Source: Candidatus Aminicenantales bacterium (lineage in GTDB: Bacteria > Acidobacteriota > Aminicenantia > Aminicenantales > Saccharicenantaceae). Taken from it: a stretch of DNA of 64,000 nucleotides. Positions 27,068-36,108 of the stretch are shown one piece after another (position 1 is the first letter of the stretch; each line of letters begins with the position of its first letter). The DNA is taken from positions 1-64,000 of the forward strand of contig JBEKXF010000003.1 in the NCBI GenBank assembly GCA_049512315.1. Direction: 5' to 3'. Both the position numbers and the translations under genes were made by a program. The notes beneath the pieces are model-generated. The model made no database searches. It saw nothing but the letters and a program-made list of their open reading frames with translations, and was not told where the DNA came from.

Positions 27068-28920
27068 TTTTTCCTCGCTTCGATGCGGAGGGCCCGGAGG
27101 GACTCGGCCGTCGGCTTTCCCCCGCCGTCCCAGCCCCGGACCCGGTAATAGTCCTGCTTCATCCGGTCCTGGTCCTCTCGCGACACTCGCCGCTCCCTCC
27201 CCTCGGCGATGACCGGCAGGTCGGCGAAGCGCGGCGGGAGGGAGTCGTCGCCGGCCGTGGCGCCGGCTTCAATGTTAAAGAGCCGCTCGAGCGTCGCAAC
27301 CCGGTTGCCGATCTCTTCCAGCTTCGCCACCGAGAAATCGCGCCCGGTGACGCCGCTGACCATCCGGGCCCACGGGTCCGAAGAGAAGGCGTAACCGGTG
27401 AAGCGGCAGACGCCCAGGCAGTCCTGGAGGATGCCGGTGTTCTGCATGTTGCGGATGGCGATCGGCGACTGGAGGAGGCTGAACCGAGGGATCTCTTTCG
27501 TCCCGCCGAAAAACGCCAGCGAGACCGCGTATCCTCCGCGGAGGTGGCAGGCGCCGGTCGGCGAAGTCATGTAGCCGAGGGCCTGGGTGAAGGAAGCGCG
27601 CGGGTCGTACCCCGGGATCTCGAGTTTTTTCACGGTCATGGACAGACCCGGCCGACCGACCGAGGCCGCCAGGCGGTAGGAACCCTCCGCCAGCCTGTCC
27701 CCGATCCCTCGCCGGAAGGCCATGAGCGGGACGAGCGCCTCCAGGGCCGCGCCGTTCCCGAAGGAGAGGTCGAGCCCTCCCGTGTCCTCCTTCGTGAGGA
27801 GGCCGAGCTCGAAGAGCTCCATGGCGCAGGCGACCGTGCCGCCGTAGCTGATGGTGTCGATGCCGAGCTCATTGCAGCGGTAGTTGGCGCGGGTGACGGC
27901 GGCCATGTCGTAGATGTCGCAGACCGGACCCATGAGGACCATGGTTTCGTATTCGGGACCTTCTCCGGTCTGCTCGCCGCCGTCCCGGCCGGCGACCTTC
28001 GTATGGCGCTGACAGCCGATCGGGCAGAGGAAGCACGAGCCGGCCTTTTCCAGAAGCGTTTTGGTCAAGGTCTCGCCGGAGATCCGCTCGACGTCCTCAT
28101 CGCGATGGAGGCAGTCCCGGAAGTTCCTGTGGGGAAGCATGCTGATGAGGTTGATGAGCTCGACGAGGCCCGCGGTGCCGAGCTCGCGGAGGAGGCGCTT
28201 GGTGGCTGGCACCTGGCGCATCAGGTACAGGGCCTGATCGAGGCCCGCCTGGTATTTCTCCTTGTCTGCGACGGCGATCTTTTCCTTGCCGCGGACGCGG
28301 ACGGCCTTGAGCTTTTTGCTGCCCCAGACGGCGCCGGGGCCGCAGCGGCCGTAAACGCGGTTTCGGTCGTTGGCGACGGCGGCCAGCCGGACGAGGTTCT
28401 CGCCCGCCGGACCGATACAAAGGACACGGACGGGGCTCCCCGGTTCCGAAGCCGCGGCCAGGACGTCGTTCGTCTCGTGGGTCGACATTCCCCAGACGTG
28501 GCCTGCGGGAAGGATCTCAACCCGGCCCGGGGCGATGTCGACCATGACGGGTTCCGACGCCGCGCCCTTGACGACGAGGACGTCAAACCCCGTGGCCTTG
28601 AAGGCGGCGCCCCACGTGCCGCCGGAATTCGATGTTCCGATGACGCCGGTGAGCGGGGACTTGAAGACCATGTGGCCGCGCCCGGCCGTCGGGGCGTTGG
28701 TCCCGATCAGGGGTGATGCGGCGATGACGAAGGCATTCTCGGGACCGAGAGGATCGCACGCCGGGTCGATGGTATCGTAGAGGATCCGGGCCCCCAGGCC
28801 GCGGCCCCCCAGATAGTCAAGGGCGAGCTGAGGATCCAGCGGTTTCCGCAGAATGGTCCCCGTGGTCAGGTCGATTTCGAGGACCCGGCCGTGGAATCCG
28901 GGGATCGGGAAGCCGGACAT
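27064..28920 (-). CDS. aor: Aldehyde:ferredoxin oxidoreductase family protein (W/Mo-pterin)
   Basis: YLGGRGLG, KSPLTG, IGPAGEN, GR.G.GAV.GSK.LKA, CFLCPIGC, GPEYET, G.DTIS, YDPR, GACH, YY..RGW. Confidence 0.93.
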   Translation of the reverse strand: MSGFPIPGFHGRVLEIDLTTGTILRKPLDPQLALDYLGGRGLGARILYDTIDPACDPLGPENAFVIAASPLIGTNAPTAGRGHMVFKSPLTGVIGTSNSGGTWGAAFKATGFDVLVVKGAASEPVMVDIAPGRVEILPAGHVWGMSTHETNDVLAAASEPGSPVRVLCIGPAGENLVRLAAVANDRNRVYGRCGPGAVWGSKKLKAVRVRGKEKIAVADKEKYQAGLDQALYLMRQVPATKRLLRELGTAGLVELINLISMLPHRNFRDCLHRDEDVERISGETLTKTLLEKAGSCFLCPIGCQRHTKVAGRDGGEQTGEGPEYETMVLMGPVCDIYDMAAVTRANYRCNELGIDTISYGGTVACAMELFELGLLTKEDTGGLDLSFGNGAALEALVPLMAFRRGIGDRLAEGSYRLAASVGRPGLSMTVKKLEIPGYDPRASFTQALGYMTSPTGACHLRGGYAVSLAFFGGTKEIPRFSLLQSPIAIRNMQNTGILQDCLGVCRFTGYAFSSDPWARMVSGVTGRDFSVAKLEEIGNRVATLERLFNIEAGATAGDDSLPPRFADLPVIAEGRERRVSREDQDRMKQDYYRVRGWDGGGKPTAESLRALRIEARKK

Positions 28921-28926
28921 GCGCCT

Positions 28927-28955
28927 AAGATAACAGAAGCCCTACGAGGAGGCAA
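28927..28955 (-). promoter_or_regulatory. Sigma70-type promoter of aor, probably leaderless
   Basis: TTGCCT-17-TATCTT with an extended TG, then 6 nt, then ATG (28920); no SD. Confidence 0.6.
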
Positions 28956-28996
28956 GAAACCACTCGATAAGGTTAAGGTCGACTCCCGAGGCCGCC

Positions 28997-29272
28997 TTAT
29001 CCGCCGCCGAGGAAGGGGAAGACGGTCAGAGTGTCGCCGGCCTTGAGCTCGGTCTCGAGTCCGTGCAGGGATTGGATATGAATGCCGTTGACCATGATGA
29101 CGAGGTGGGGCTTGAGATCGGTCCCGGCGAAGATCTCCGCGCGGCGACCAGGCGAGTCGCAGAGGACGTCGAGGGCGTCACGGACGGTCCGGCCGTCGCC
29201 GATGTCCACGTCCCTCTCCCGGCCGTCGAAAACGTCCCGGAAATAGGCGAAGAACTTAGTTTTGATGATCAT
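28997..29272 (-). CDS. MoaD/ThiS-family ubiquitin-like sulfur carrier
   Basis: FFA.FR, VNG, L..GD...FP..GG C-terminus; 91 aa. Confidence 0.9.
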   Translation of the reverse strand: MIIKTKFFAYFRDVFDGRERDVDIGDGRTVRDALDVLCDSPGRRAEIFAGTDLKPHLVIMVNGIHIQSLHGLETELKAGDTLTVFPFLGGG

Positions 29273-29795
29273 GGGCTTTGGCCAGCCCGAGCAGGCTCTG
29301 GTCGAGAAGGCGCTGGGCGTTGGGGTCGCAGACGTCGATGATCAGGGGCATCGGGGCCCCGAGGAGCCTCGAGAGGTCTTCCAGGATCTCCTCCCTGGCC
29401 ACGAGCAGCGTTCTCATCCCGGGCTTGAAGACAACATCACGGAGGGCCGGCCAGAAGCCGCCCCCGGCGAGCTCCAAAGGCCCGACCTCGTCCACGATGA
29501 GGACTTCGGTGGGCTCGGCCGTCCGAATGAGCGAGCGGGCGACGTCCAAGGTCCGGGGCACGAAAAAGAAGGGTCCGATCCGCTCCCATTCGGGCTCCCC
29601 GGCCCGGCGGAGGAGAGGAAGACGGCGGCCGTCCTTGAGGTCCAGGAGATCGTACTCGACGGCCCCGGAACCGTCCCGGACGGCGATGCTCAGGAAGCCC
29701 CCGAACCCGAGCCCCTGCGAGGCCCACCAGGAGAGGGACTTCTGGATGAGCGTCGTCTTCCCGCCGCGCACGGGCCCGGAGAGGATGATGATCAT
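29256..29795 (-). CDS. THEP1/DUF2478-like P-loop NTPase
   Basis: SGPVRGGKTT Walker A, GGFLS, LIVDEVGPLEL.G.G. Confidence 0.8.
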   Translation of the reverse strand: MIIILSGPVRGGKTTLIQKSLSWWASQGLGFGGFLSIAVRDGSGAVEYDLLDLKDGRRLPLLRRAGEPEWERIGPFFFVPRTLDVARSLIRTAEPTEVLIVDEVGPLELAGGGFWPALRDVVFKPGMRTLLVAREEILEDLSRLLGAPMPLIIDVCDPNAQRLLDQSLLGLAKAHDHQN

Positions 29796-29827
29796 ATGGG
29801 CCGACGATCCTTTTTCCGCACGGTCCC

Positions 29828-31966
29828 CTACCGAATGAGAATCCGCGAATCGCCGGTCCCCAGGACGACCGTCTGACCGTTGACGCCGACGGCCGAATAG
29901 CTGGCGATGGAGACCGCCGTCTCACCCGGGTTCACGGACGTGAAGACCAGGACCGCCAGGATGCCCTGGCCCTTGAAGCCGTGGCCCAGATTCGGGCCGG
30001 AAAAGCCGAGAGTGCATCCGGAGGAGTTCTTGATGTTCAGGAACTGGGCCTTCTCTCCCATCTGCTTGGCGATCCCGCCTTCGATGACGTCCTTGAGCTT
30101 GAGGGCCTGGGGATTGAAGCCGATGTTGAGGGACATGTTGCCGAGCTCCTTTTCGGTTGAGAGCTCGACGTTGACCCGGAATTCCCTGTCCTTGGGGACC
30201 TCGAAGCTGGCCGGCGAGAGATAGATGGCGTTGGCGCCCGCGTCCTCGCCGGGTTCGGGAGGCTGGTTCTCGGCGACGCCGGCCGGATTCGACATCTCCT
30301 CTTCCCCCGCCCTCTGGCCGGCCGCTGATACGTCGGAGATGCTGTTGGGGTCCACCCAGAACGGCCGGGCATCCGCCTCCGTAAGCGGCAGGGTCCGGAT
30401 GATGTGGGGCGTGATGGTCAGGATGACGTCGGTCTGATCGATCACCGTCTCCGTGCTCGAGAACAGGTTGCCCAGGATCGGGATGTTCTTCAGGAAGGTG
30501 ATCCCGGAGATGGATTTCCGCTCCTCGTCCCGGAGGAGGCCGGCGAGGAGGTTGGTCTCGCCGTCCTTGAGGCGGATCGTGTTCTTGATCTCGCGAGTGT
30601 TGATGATCGGGATGTTCGCGACGGTACTCGCTCCGGCGAGGGAGGAGACCTTGATCTCGACGTCGAGGGTCACTTCCCTTTCCAGGTGGATCCGGGGTTT
30701 CATCTTGAGGTCGATCCCGACATCCTGCTGGGTGTAGCTGACGATTGGCTGGGTGTTGGTCCCGCCGGCCACGATCGGCGTGAATGACCCCTGAGGGATG
30801 GGGACCTTTTGCCCGACCAGGTATTTCATGTCCTCGCCGCTCAGGCCGCGGATCCGGGGCTGGGCGATGATCTTCGTGTTGGCGTCCCCTTCGAGGAATT
30901 GGACGACCGCCTGGGGGGTCGCGAGCTCGTAACTGGCCAGGCTCTTGAGGCTGAGGGCGTTCAGCCGGAGCCAGCCCGTCGCGCTTCCCTGCCCGCCTAC
31001 CGGGTTGAGCTGGACGGACAGGGTTGTGTTGCTGAAGTCGATCCCGAGCTTCCGGAGCATGCTCCGGTCGACTTCCATGATCTCGACGTCCACGATGACC
31101 TCCCCCTGGGGCTTGTCCCACGCACGGAGGAGCCTCTCGGCCAGGGCCACGACCTGGGGCGTATCACGGATCGTGATCGAGTTCAGGTTCTTGTCCACCC
31201 CGAGAGTCGGGATCTTGTACTGCGACTTGACCATCTGGACGAGCGGGGCCTGGACGTCCTGGGCGTTGATATTGGACAGGTAAAAGGTCCTGATGACGAG
31301 GAGCTCGTATTTCTGCCTCATCTGGATGTTGTCCGGGGCGATGATGACCGTCTTCTCGTCCACGATCCTGGAGAAGTTCTTGCTGGCGATGCAGAGATAA
31401 TTGATGGCCTGTTCGATATCCTTGCCCGTCAGGTCGACGGCCAGGCTCATGTCGCGGAACGTCTCGTCGTAGATGAACGTCACGCCGGCGATCCGCGCCA
31501 GGGTCTCGAAGATCGACCTCAGGGAGACCGGGGTCCGGAAGCTGATGCTCAGCTTTTCGACGGTGGGCTTGAGCTTGACCGGGGCCTCGGCGACCTCCGG
31601 GGAGGGCTTTTCCGGCTTTGAGGGAGGGGCCTCCAAGGCCTTCATCTCTTCGGCGATCGACCGGTTGAAAGGGTCGTAGAAAAGGGCGATGCCGTATTCC
31701 GTTTTGGCGTCCTTTTTCTTCCCACCGGCCGCGAGCGTCCGGGCGTTCTCGAGATGAACTAAACTGGCGGCGGCTTTCGCCCGGAACAAGGCGAGCCGGT
31801 AAACCGATTCCTTCGGGTTTTCGGCGGCGGCCTGCTCATAGTATTTGATGGCCATGTCATACTGCTTATTCAGCTCGGCGGATACGCCCAACCGATAGCT
31901 GTGGGTAAGAGTCGCACATCCCCCGAGCGTCACCACCAGGGCCAGCATAAGGGCGATTTTTTTCAT
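29828..31966 (-). CDS. Secretin (GspD/PilQ family) lipoprotein with N-terminal TPR and C-terminal cohesin-like domain
   Basis: Lipobox LGGC, TPR helices, N-domain, secretin core (DVGI, LKDGET..AGL, IPILGNLF, ITPHII), terminal beta-sandwich (FNPQAL..G.G.LA.L.F). Confidence 0.88.
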   Translation of the reverse strand: MKKIALMLALVVTLGGCATLTHSYRLGVSAELNKQYDMAIKYYEQAAAENPKESVYRLALFRAKAAASLVHLENARTLAAGGKKKDAKTEYGIALFYDPFNRSIAEEMKALEAPPSKPEKPSPEVAEAPVKLKPTVEKLSISFRTPVSLRSIFETLARIAGVTFIYDETFRDMSLAVDLTGKDIEQAINYLCIASKNFSRIVDEKTVIIAPDNIQMRQKYELLVIRTFYLSNINAQDVQAPLVQMVKSQYKIPTLGVDKNLNSITIRDTPQVVALAERLLRAWDKPQGEVIVDVEIMEVDRSMLRKLGIDFSNTTLSVQLNPVGGQGSATGWLRLNALSLKSLASYELATPQAVVQFLEGDANTKIIAQPRIRGLSGEDMKYLVGQKVPIPQGSFTPIVAGGTNTQPIVSYTQQDVGIDLKMKPRIHLEREVTLDVEIKVSSLAGASTVANIPIINTREIKNTIRLKDGETNLLAGLLRDEERKSISGITFLKNIPILGNLFSSTETVIDQTDVILTITPHIIRTLPLTEADARPFWVDPNSISDVSAAGQRAGEEEMSNPAGVAENQPPEPGEDAGANAIYLSPASFEVPKDREFRVNVELSTEKELGNMSLNIGFNPQALKLKDVIEGGIAKQMGEKAQFLNIKNSSGCTLGFSGPNLGHGFKGQGILAVLVFTSVNPGETAVSIASYSAVGVNGQTVVLGTGDSRILIR

Positions 31967-32457
31967 GGCCGGTCTCCTTGTCGGGCAAACGTCTTCCGTT
32001 CCGAGCTCGGTCCCCCGACCTCGATCTCGTCGGGAGTGACGCGAAGGACCTTGTATCCGGGAATGATCTCGTCGCCCTCGGCAACGGAGATCGTCTGGCC
32101 GTCTTTCAGGACCAGGGCCACGATCTTTCCGGCGGCCCGGACCGAGCCGACATAGACGAGGTTCAGGGCGAAAGCGGGCGGCTCATCGGCCGGGGCCCGC
32201 CCTTTCCGGGGCGGGGCCTTGACCGACGGGCCTTGAGGCGAAGCCGGCTGGGCGTAAGCCAGGGGGCGGAAAATGTCGCGGCGCGGGGGGACGATCTCTC
32301 CCTGGCCGAAGGTCAGAAGGTCCTTGCGGATGAGGGGCCTGCTTTCCTTGACTGAGGGGGTCCGGGCCTTGTCCTTTTGGGCGGCGGGAAGGGCGGAAGC
32401 CAGGCAGAAGGCCACAAGGACGAGGAGGAGCCGCCGGAGCGGGCTGTCAGATCTCAT
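31963..32457 (-). CDS. Pilus/T2SS accessory protein (PilP/GspC-like)
   Basis: Signal or anchor, RDIFRP, L.YVG...VAEGD.I..Y.V.RV; located between pilO and the secretin. Confidence 0.6.
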   Translation of the reverse strand: MRSDSPLRRLLLVLVAFCLASALPAAQKDKARTPSVKESRPLIRKDLLTFGQGEIVPPRRDIFRPLAYAQPASPQGPSVKAPPRKGRAPADEPPAFALNLVYVGSVRAAGKIVALVLKDGQTISVAEGDEIIPGYKVLRVTPDEIEVGGPSSERKTFARQGDRP

Positions 32458-33007
32458 AATACCCCGCCAGTGTCATCTTGAGACTCAGGAGGCCGCTTTC
32501 GGCGTTCGCTTTCTCAAAGTCGATCTTCTCGACGGCCAGGAATTTTTTGAACTTCTCCACGATGCCTAGGAACCTCTTGAGGTCGCCGTAGGTTCCAGAG
32601 TAACTGAACGTGACGGCGATTTTCTTGATCGGAACCTTTTCCAGGTCGGAATAGTGGTAGCTGATGAGGGGGACGTTCATTCCCGCCTGGCTGAAGATCT
32701 GCTGGAGGTCCATCCGGAGCGTCCGGAAGACGGTTTTTTCGTCGTAAAAAAACGTGCCTTTGAAGGAATCCATGTCCCGGATGGCCTCCTGCCAGCGAGC
32801 CCACTCGGCTTTCGCATCCGTCCGGGCTATTTGGACCTTCCGGTAACTGTTATGGAGCGCGGCCAGCGAGTCGCGGGCCTCGAAATAACTCGACCTTTGC
32901 CGCATGGTCAGGACGAGTCCCAGGGCCAGGGCGAAGAGGACCGCCGCGGTTAGACGCATGAGCGTCCTCTTTTCCTTGTCGTGGAGCCGGCTAAATATCG
33001 CGCTCAT
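32447..33007 (-). CDS. pilO: PilO/GspM-like protein
   Basis: Single TM, coiled coil, G.Y.DL.RFL..VE motif. Confidence 0.75.
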   Translation of the reverse strand: MSAIFSRLHDKEKRTLMRLTAAVLFALALGLVLTMRQRSSYFEARDSLAALHNSYRKVQIARTDAKAEWARWQEAIRDMDSFKGTFFYDEKTVFRTLRMDLQQIFSQAGMNVPLISYHYSDLEKVPIKKIAVTFSYSGTYGDLKRFLGIVEKFKKFLAVEKIDFEKANAESGLLSLKMTLAGYYEI

Positions 33008-33554
33008 AGGTCAGGGAGATCTCCGAGACAAGCTGGTCCTCGTCCTCCCGGGATTCATTCTCGAACCGGTACTTGAATTTCCGGGCGTTGAGGTTGTTGA
33101 GGAACGTCAGGAGGTCGTCCAGGCCGCGGGACACGACCTTGATCCTGAGAATGATCGTCCGGTCGCCCGAAAAATTCGGGACGAGCGACGTGATGTAGAG
33201 GGAATCCGGGAGCGCGGCTTCGAGCTGCGAAAGGAAGCCGGTCCAGGAAAAGCTCTTCTGGAGGATGATGGCGTTGATGAGGTTGGCCTTGTCCCCGCCC
33301 GCCAGCTTCTCCTTGTCGGCATCGGCAGACAGGCGTCTCTCCTCCTGGCCGGCCGCGTCCACGAGCCTGGCCGTCTCGGCCAGCGAGGCCTTGAGCCGGA
33401 CTGTCTGGAGGCCGTACTTGACGGCCGCGAACGCCGAAAGGCCGAGCAAGACGACAAGGGCCGCGGTCAGGACGTTCCGCGACAGGAGATAGAAGCTCCG
33501 GTTCCTCGCCGGCCGGCTGGCCAGGTTCAAATAGAGCGACCGGTTCCCGCTCAT
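32991..33554 (-). CDS. pilN: PilN-like protein
   Basis: LNLASRP, single TM, coiled coil, SW..FL..LE..LP..L.ITSL.P; ATGA overlap with the upstream gene. Confidence 0.75.
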   Translation of the reverse strand: MSGNRSLYLNLASRPARNRSFYLLSRNVLTAALVVLLGLSAFAAVKYGLQTVRLKASLAETARLVDAAGQEERRLSADADKEKLAGGDKANLINAIILQKSFSWTGFLSQLEAALPDSLYITSLVPNFSGDRTIILRIKVVSRGLDDLLTFLNNLNARKFKYRFENESREDEDQLVSEISLTYERDI

Positions 33555-34480
33555 GAGATCTGCCCCACGAGCGGCGCCAGGATCGCTTTTTCCCGGGGAT
33601 CCCAGTCCTCGGGCGCCGCGTACTCGATCATCTCCGCCGGCAGGGTCAGGGATTCGCCCAGCCGGGCAACGACCAGGGGCCCCTCTTCCCACGATTCCGA
33701 GCGGACCCAGACCTTTTCCACCTTCATCCTCTCCTTGTCCTCGAGGAAGTGGACCGTGTTCTCGATTTCCTTGACGACCAAGGCGGCTTTTTCGTCAGCC
33801 AGGAGGTCCGTTCCGACTCCTTTCTGGCGGTACAGAGTCCACCCGGAGTCCATGACCGCGAGGAAGCTCAAGTTATCCGTCTCGATATTCAAAAGGATGG
33901 CGTTTGCGTCCGGCCCGCCGTCGAGGAGATTGACCAGGCTCAGGGACGGGATGGTCACCGTCCCCACCTTCATCCCCGCGGACTGGAAAAGGTCTTCGTA
34001 CTCCCCGATAATGGCCTCGCGGGCCGCGGCCACAATGATCTTCCTCGGTCCGGGACCGACGGAGAAATCGTGGTCTAGGCGGAGGTCCTCGGGCAGAAGA
34101 GGCATCTGTTTTCCGACCCGCCAGCGGACGAAGGCGTCCCTCTCGCCCGGCGCAGAGGGGACGGAATCCGCGGTCAGGATGAAGATCCGGACGCAAGGCT
34201 CTGGGATGATGAGGGAGATTGTCCCTCCTCCGAGCCCGAGGACCTTCTTCCCCTCCTCGATCCCGTGCTTGACGGACGCCGCGCCGATGACGTTGGGGCG
34301 GTCGAAGGACGGGCCGATGGCACCCAATTCGAGGGGGAGGATGAAGCGTTTTCGGGCAGGCCGTCCCCTCGCGGAGACCCGGATTCCGCAGAGCCGGCCG
34401 GGGGTGAGCTCGAAAACCGCGTCCGGCAGGGGGCGGTCGACGAACCGGGCCCGGAGCTTCTTCAAGAGCGGCACGGTCAT
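33551..34480 (-). CDS. pilM: PilM-like cytoplasmic protein
   Basis: Actin-like fold cues (SLIIPE..VR, VRWR....P, EYE.LF..AG...G); position between the ATPase and pilN. Confidence 0.65.
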   Translation of the reverse strand: MTVPLLKKLRARFVDRPLPDAVFELTPGRLCGIRVSARGRPARKRFILPLELGAIGPSFDRPNVIGAASVKHGIEEGKKVLGLGGGTISLIIPEPCVRIFILTADSVPSAPGERDAFVRWRVGKQMPLLPEDLRLDHDFSVGPGPRKIIVAAAREAIIGEYEDLFQSAGMKVGTVTIPSLSLVNLLDGGPDANAILLNIETDNLSFLAVMDSGWTLYRQKGVGTDLLADEKAALVVKEIENTVHFLEDKERMKVEKVWVRSESWEEGPLVVARLGESLTLPAEMIEYAAPEDWDPREKAILAPLVGQIS

Positions 34481-36087
34481 CACTCCACGAACGTCACTTT
34501 GTTCAGGTCCCTGAGGCTGGTGATCCCTTCTAAGACCTTCCCCAGGCCAATCTCCCTAAGAAAAACCATTCCCTCCGCCTTGGCCCTTTTCTTGACCTCC
34601 GAAAGCGGCCTCTTCTCCAGGATCAGCTCCCGGATCGGGTCGGAGAGCTCTAGGATCTCGGCGATGGCCGTGCGACCCTTATAACCGGTCTGGTGGCAGT
34701 CCGGGCAGCCGTTCGGCTCGTAGAACGTCCGGCCCAAGTTCACGGCCGGATCCAGACCGGACTCCAGGAGCTGATCGGCCGTGTAGGTCACGGGGACCTT
34801 GCAGCGCGGGCAGAGGACCCGGACCAACCGCTGGGCCAGGATGCAGTTGAGGGCCGAAATAAAGCTGTACGGGTCGACCTGCATGTGCAGGAAGCGCCCG
34901 ATGACGTCGAAGACGTTGTTGGCGTGGACGGTCGTGAAGACGAGGTGGCCCGTCAGGGCCGATTGGATGGCGATCTGGGCCGTTTCCGGGTCCCGGATCT
35001 CGCCGACCATGATCTTGTCCGGGTCGTGCCGCAGGATGGAGCGGAGGCCGCGGGCGAAGGTCAGACCCTTTTTCTCGTTGACCGGGATCTGGGTGATGCC
35101 CTCGATCTGGTACTCGACGGGGTCCTCGATGGTGACGATCTTGTCCTCGGGCGACTTGATCTCGGTCAGGGCGGCGTAGAGGGTCGTCGTCTTGCCGCTT
35201 CCGGTCGGTCCCGTGACCAGGACCATGCCGTAAGGCTGGGCGATGTACTTCCGGAATTTCTTCTCGATCAAACCGGAGAAGCCAAGAAGGTCCAGCCGGA
35301 GCTCCGAGACGGCCTCCGTGATCATCTCCTTGTCCAGGATGCGGATGACCGCGTCCTCGCCGTAGATACAGGGCATGATGGAGACCCGGAAGTCGATGGT
35401 CTTGTCCTTGATCTTGAGCCGGAAGCGGCCGTCCTGGGGAACGCGGCGCTCGGCGATGTCGAGGTCCGACATGACCTTGATCCGAGAGATGATGGCCGAC
35501 TGGAATTTCTTGTCGATGGCCTCCATCGCCTCGCCCAGGACGCCGTCGATCCGGTACTTGACCTTGACGTCGTCGTCCTTGGATTCGATGTGGACGTCGC
35601 TCGCCCGCTTCTGGACGGCGGTGAAAATGATCGTGTGGACGAGCTTGATGATGGAGCCGTCCTGGTCGGCCAGCTTCTCGATGGAGATGACGTCCTCCTC
35701 CTCGCCGCTCTCCTTCTCCACGACCTGGGTGATGAAGCCCTCCGTGGCGTCCTTGAGGACCTGCATCGCCGTCTCGCTCTTCCTCAGGGCCTCGAGGATC
35801 GCCCGTTTCGAGGCCGCATAGACCTGGACCTTTTTCCCGAGGAAGGACTCGATGGCGTCGATCGAGGCGATGTCGGAGGGGTCGGCCACGGCGATCTTCA
35901 TGACGTCGCCCGCATCCTCGAGGGGGATGAAGTTCAGGCGGTGGAGGAATTCGACCGGGATGCTCTGGACGAGGTCCCTGTGGAGGGGGCTTTCTTCGAG
36001 GTCGATGTAAGGGACGTGGTAGCGCTCTGCCAGCTTCCTCGTCGCCTTCTCCTCGTCCCGGAGATGGGCCAGGCTTTCCTTATTCAT
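34480..36087 (-). CDS. GspE/PilB extension ATPase
   Basis: ASDVHIE, RIDG, PQDG, GPTGSGKTT, TIEDPVEY, LRHDPD..MVGEIRD, TGHLV, CPRC...CPDC..GYKGR. Confidence 0.95.
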   Translation of the reverse strand: MNKESLAHLRDEEKATRKLAERYHVPYIDLEESPLHRDLVQSIPVEFLHRLNFIPLEDAGDVMKIAVADPSDIASIDAIESFLGKKVQVYAASKRAILEALRKSETAMQVLKDATEGFITQVVEKESGEEEDVISIEKLADQDGSIIKLVHTIIFTAVQKRASDVHIESKDDDVKVKYRIDGVLGEAMEAIDKKFQSAIISRIKVMSDLDIAERRVPQDGRFRLKIKDKTIDFRVSIMPCIYGEDAVIRILDKEMITEAVSELRLDLLGFSGLIEKKFRKYIAQPYGMVLVTGPTGSGKTTTLYAALTEIKSPEDKIVTIEDPVEYQIEGITQIPVNEKKGLTFARGLRSILRHDPDKIMVGEIRDPETAQIAIQSALTGHLVFTTVHANNVFDVIGRFLHMQVDPYSFISALNCILAQRLVRVLCPRCKVPVTYTADQLLESGLDPAVNLGRTFYEPNGCPDCHQTGYKGRTAIAEILELSDPIRELILEKRPLSEVKKRAKAEGMVFLREIGLGKVLEGITSLRDLNKVTFVE

Positions 36088-36108
36088 GCCGCTTCACCCG
36101 CGGGCCTT

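Noticed and set aside
28921..28996. Possible Moco/Wco riboswitch upstream of aor
   Set aside because: The gap is only 76 nt and is explained by a promoter abutting the ATG; the consensus elements are absent.
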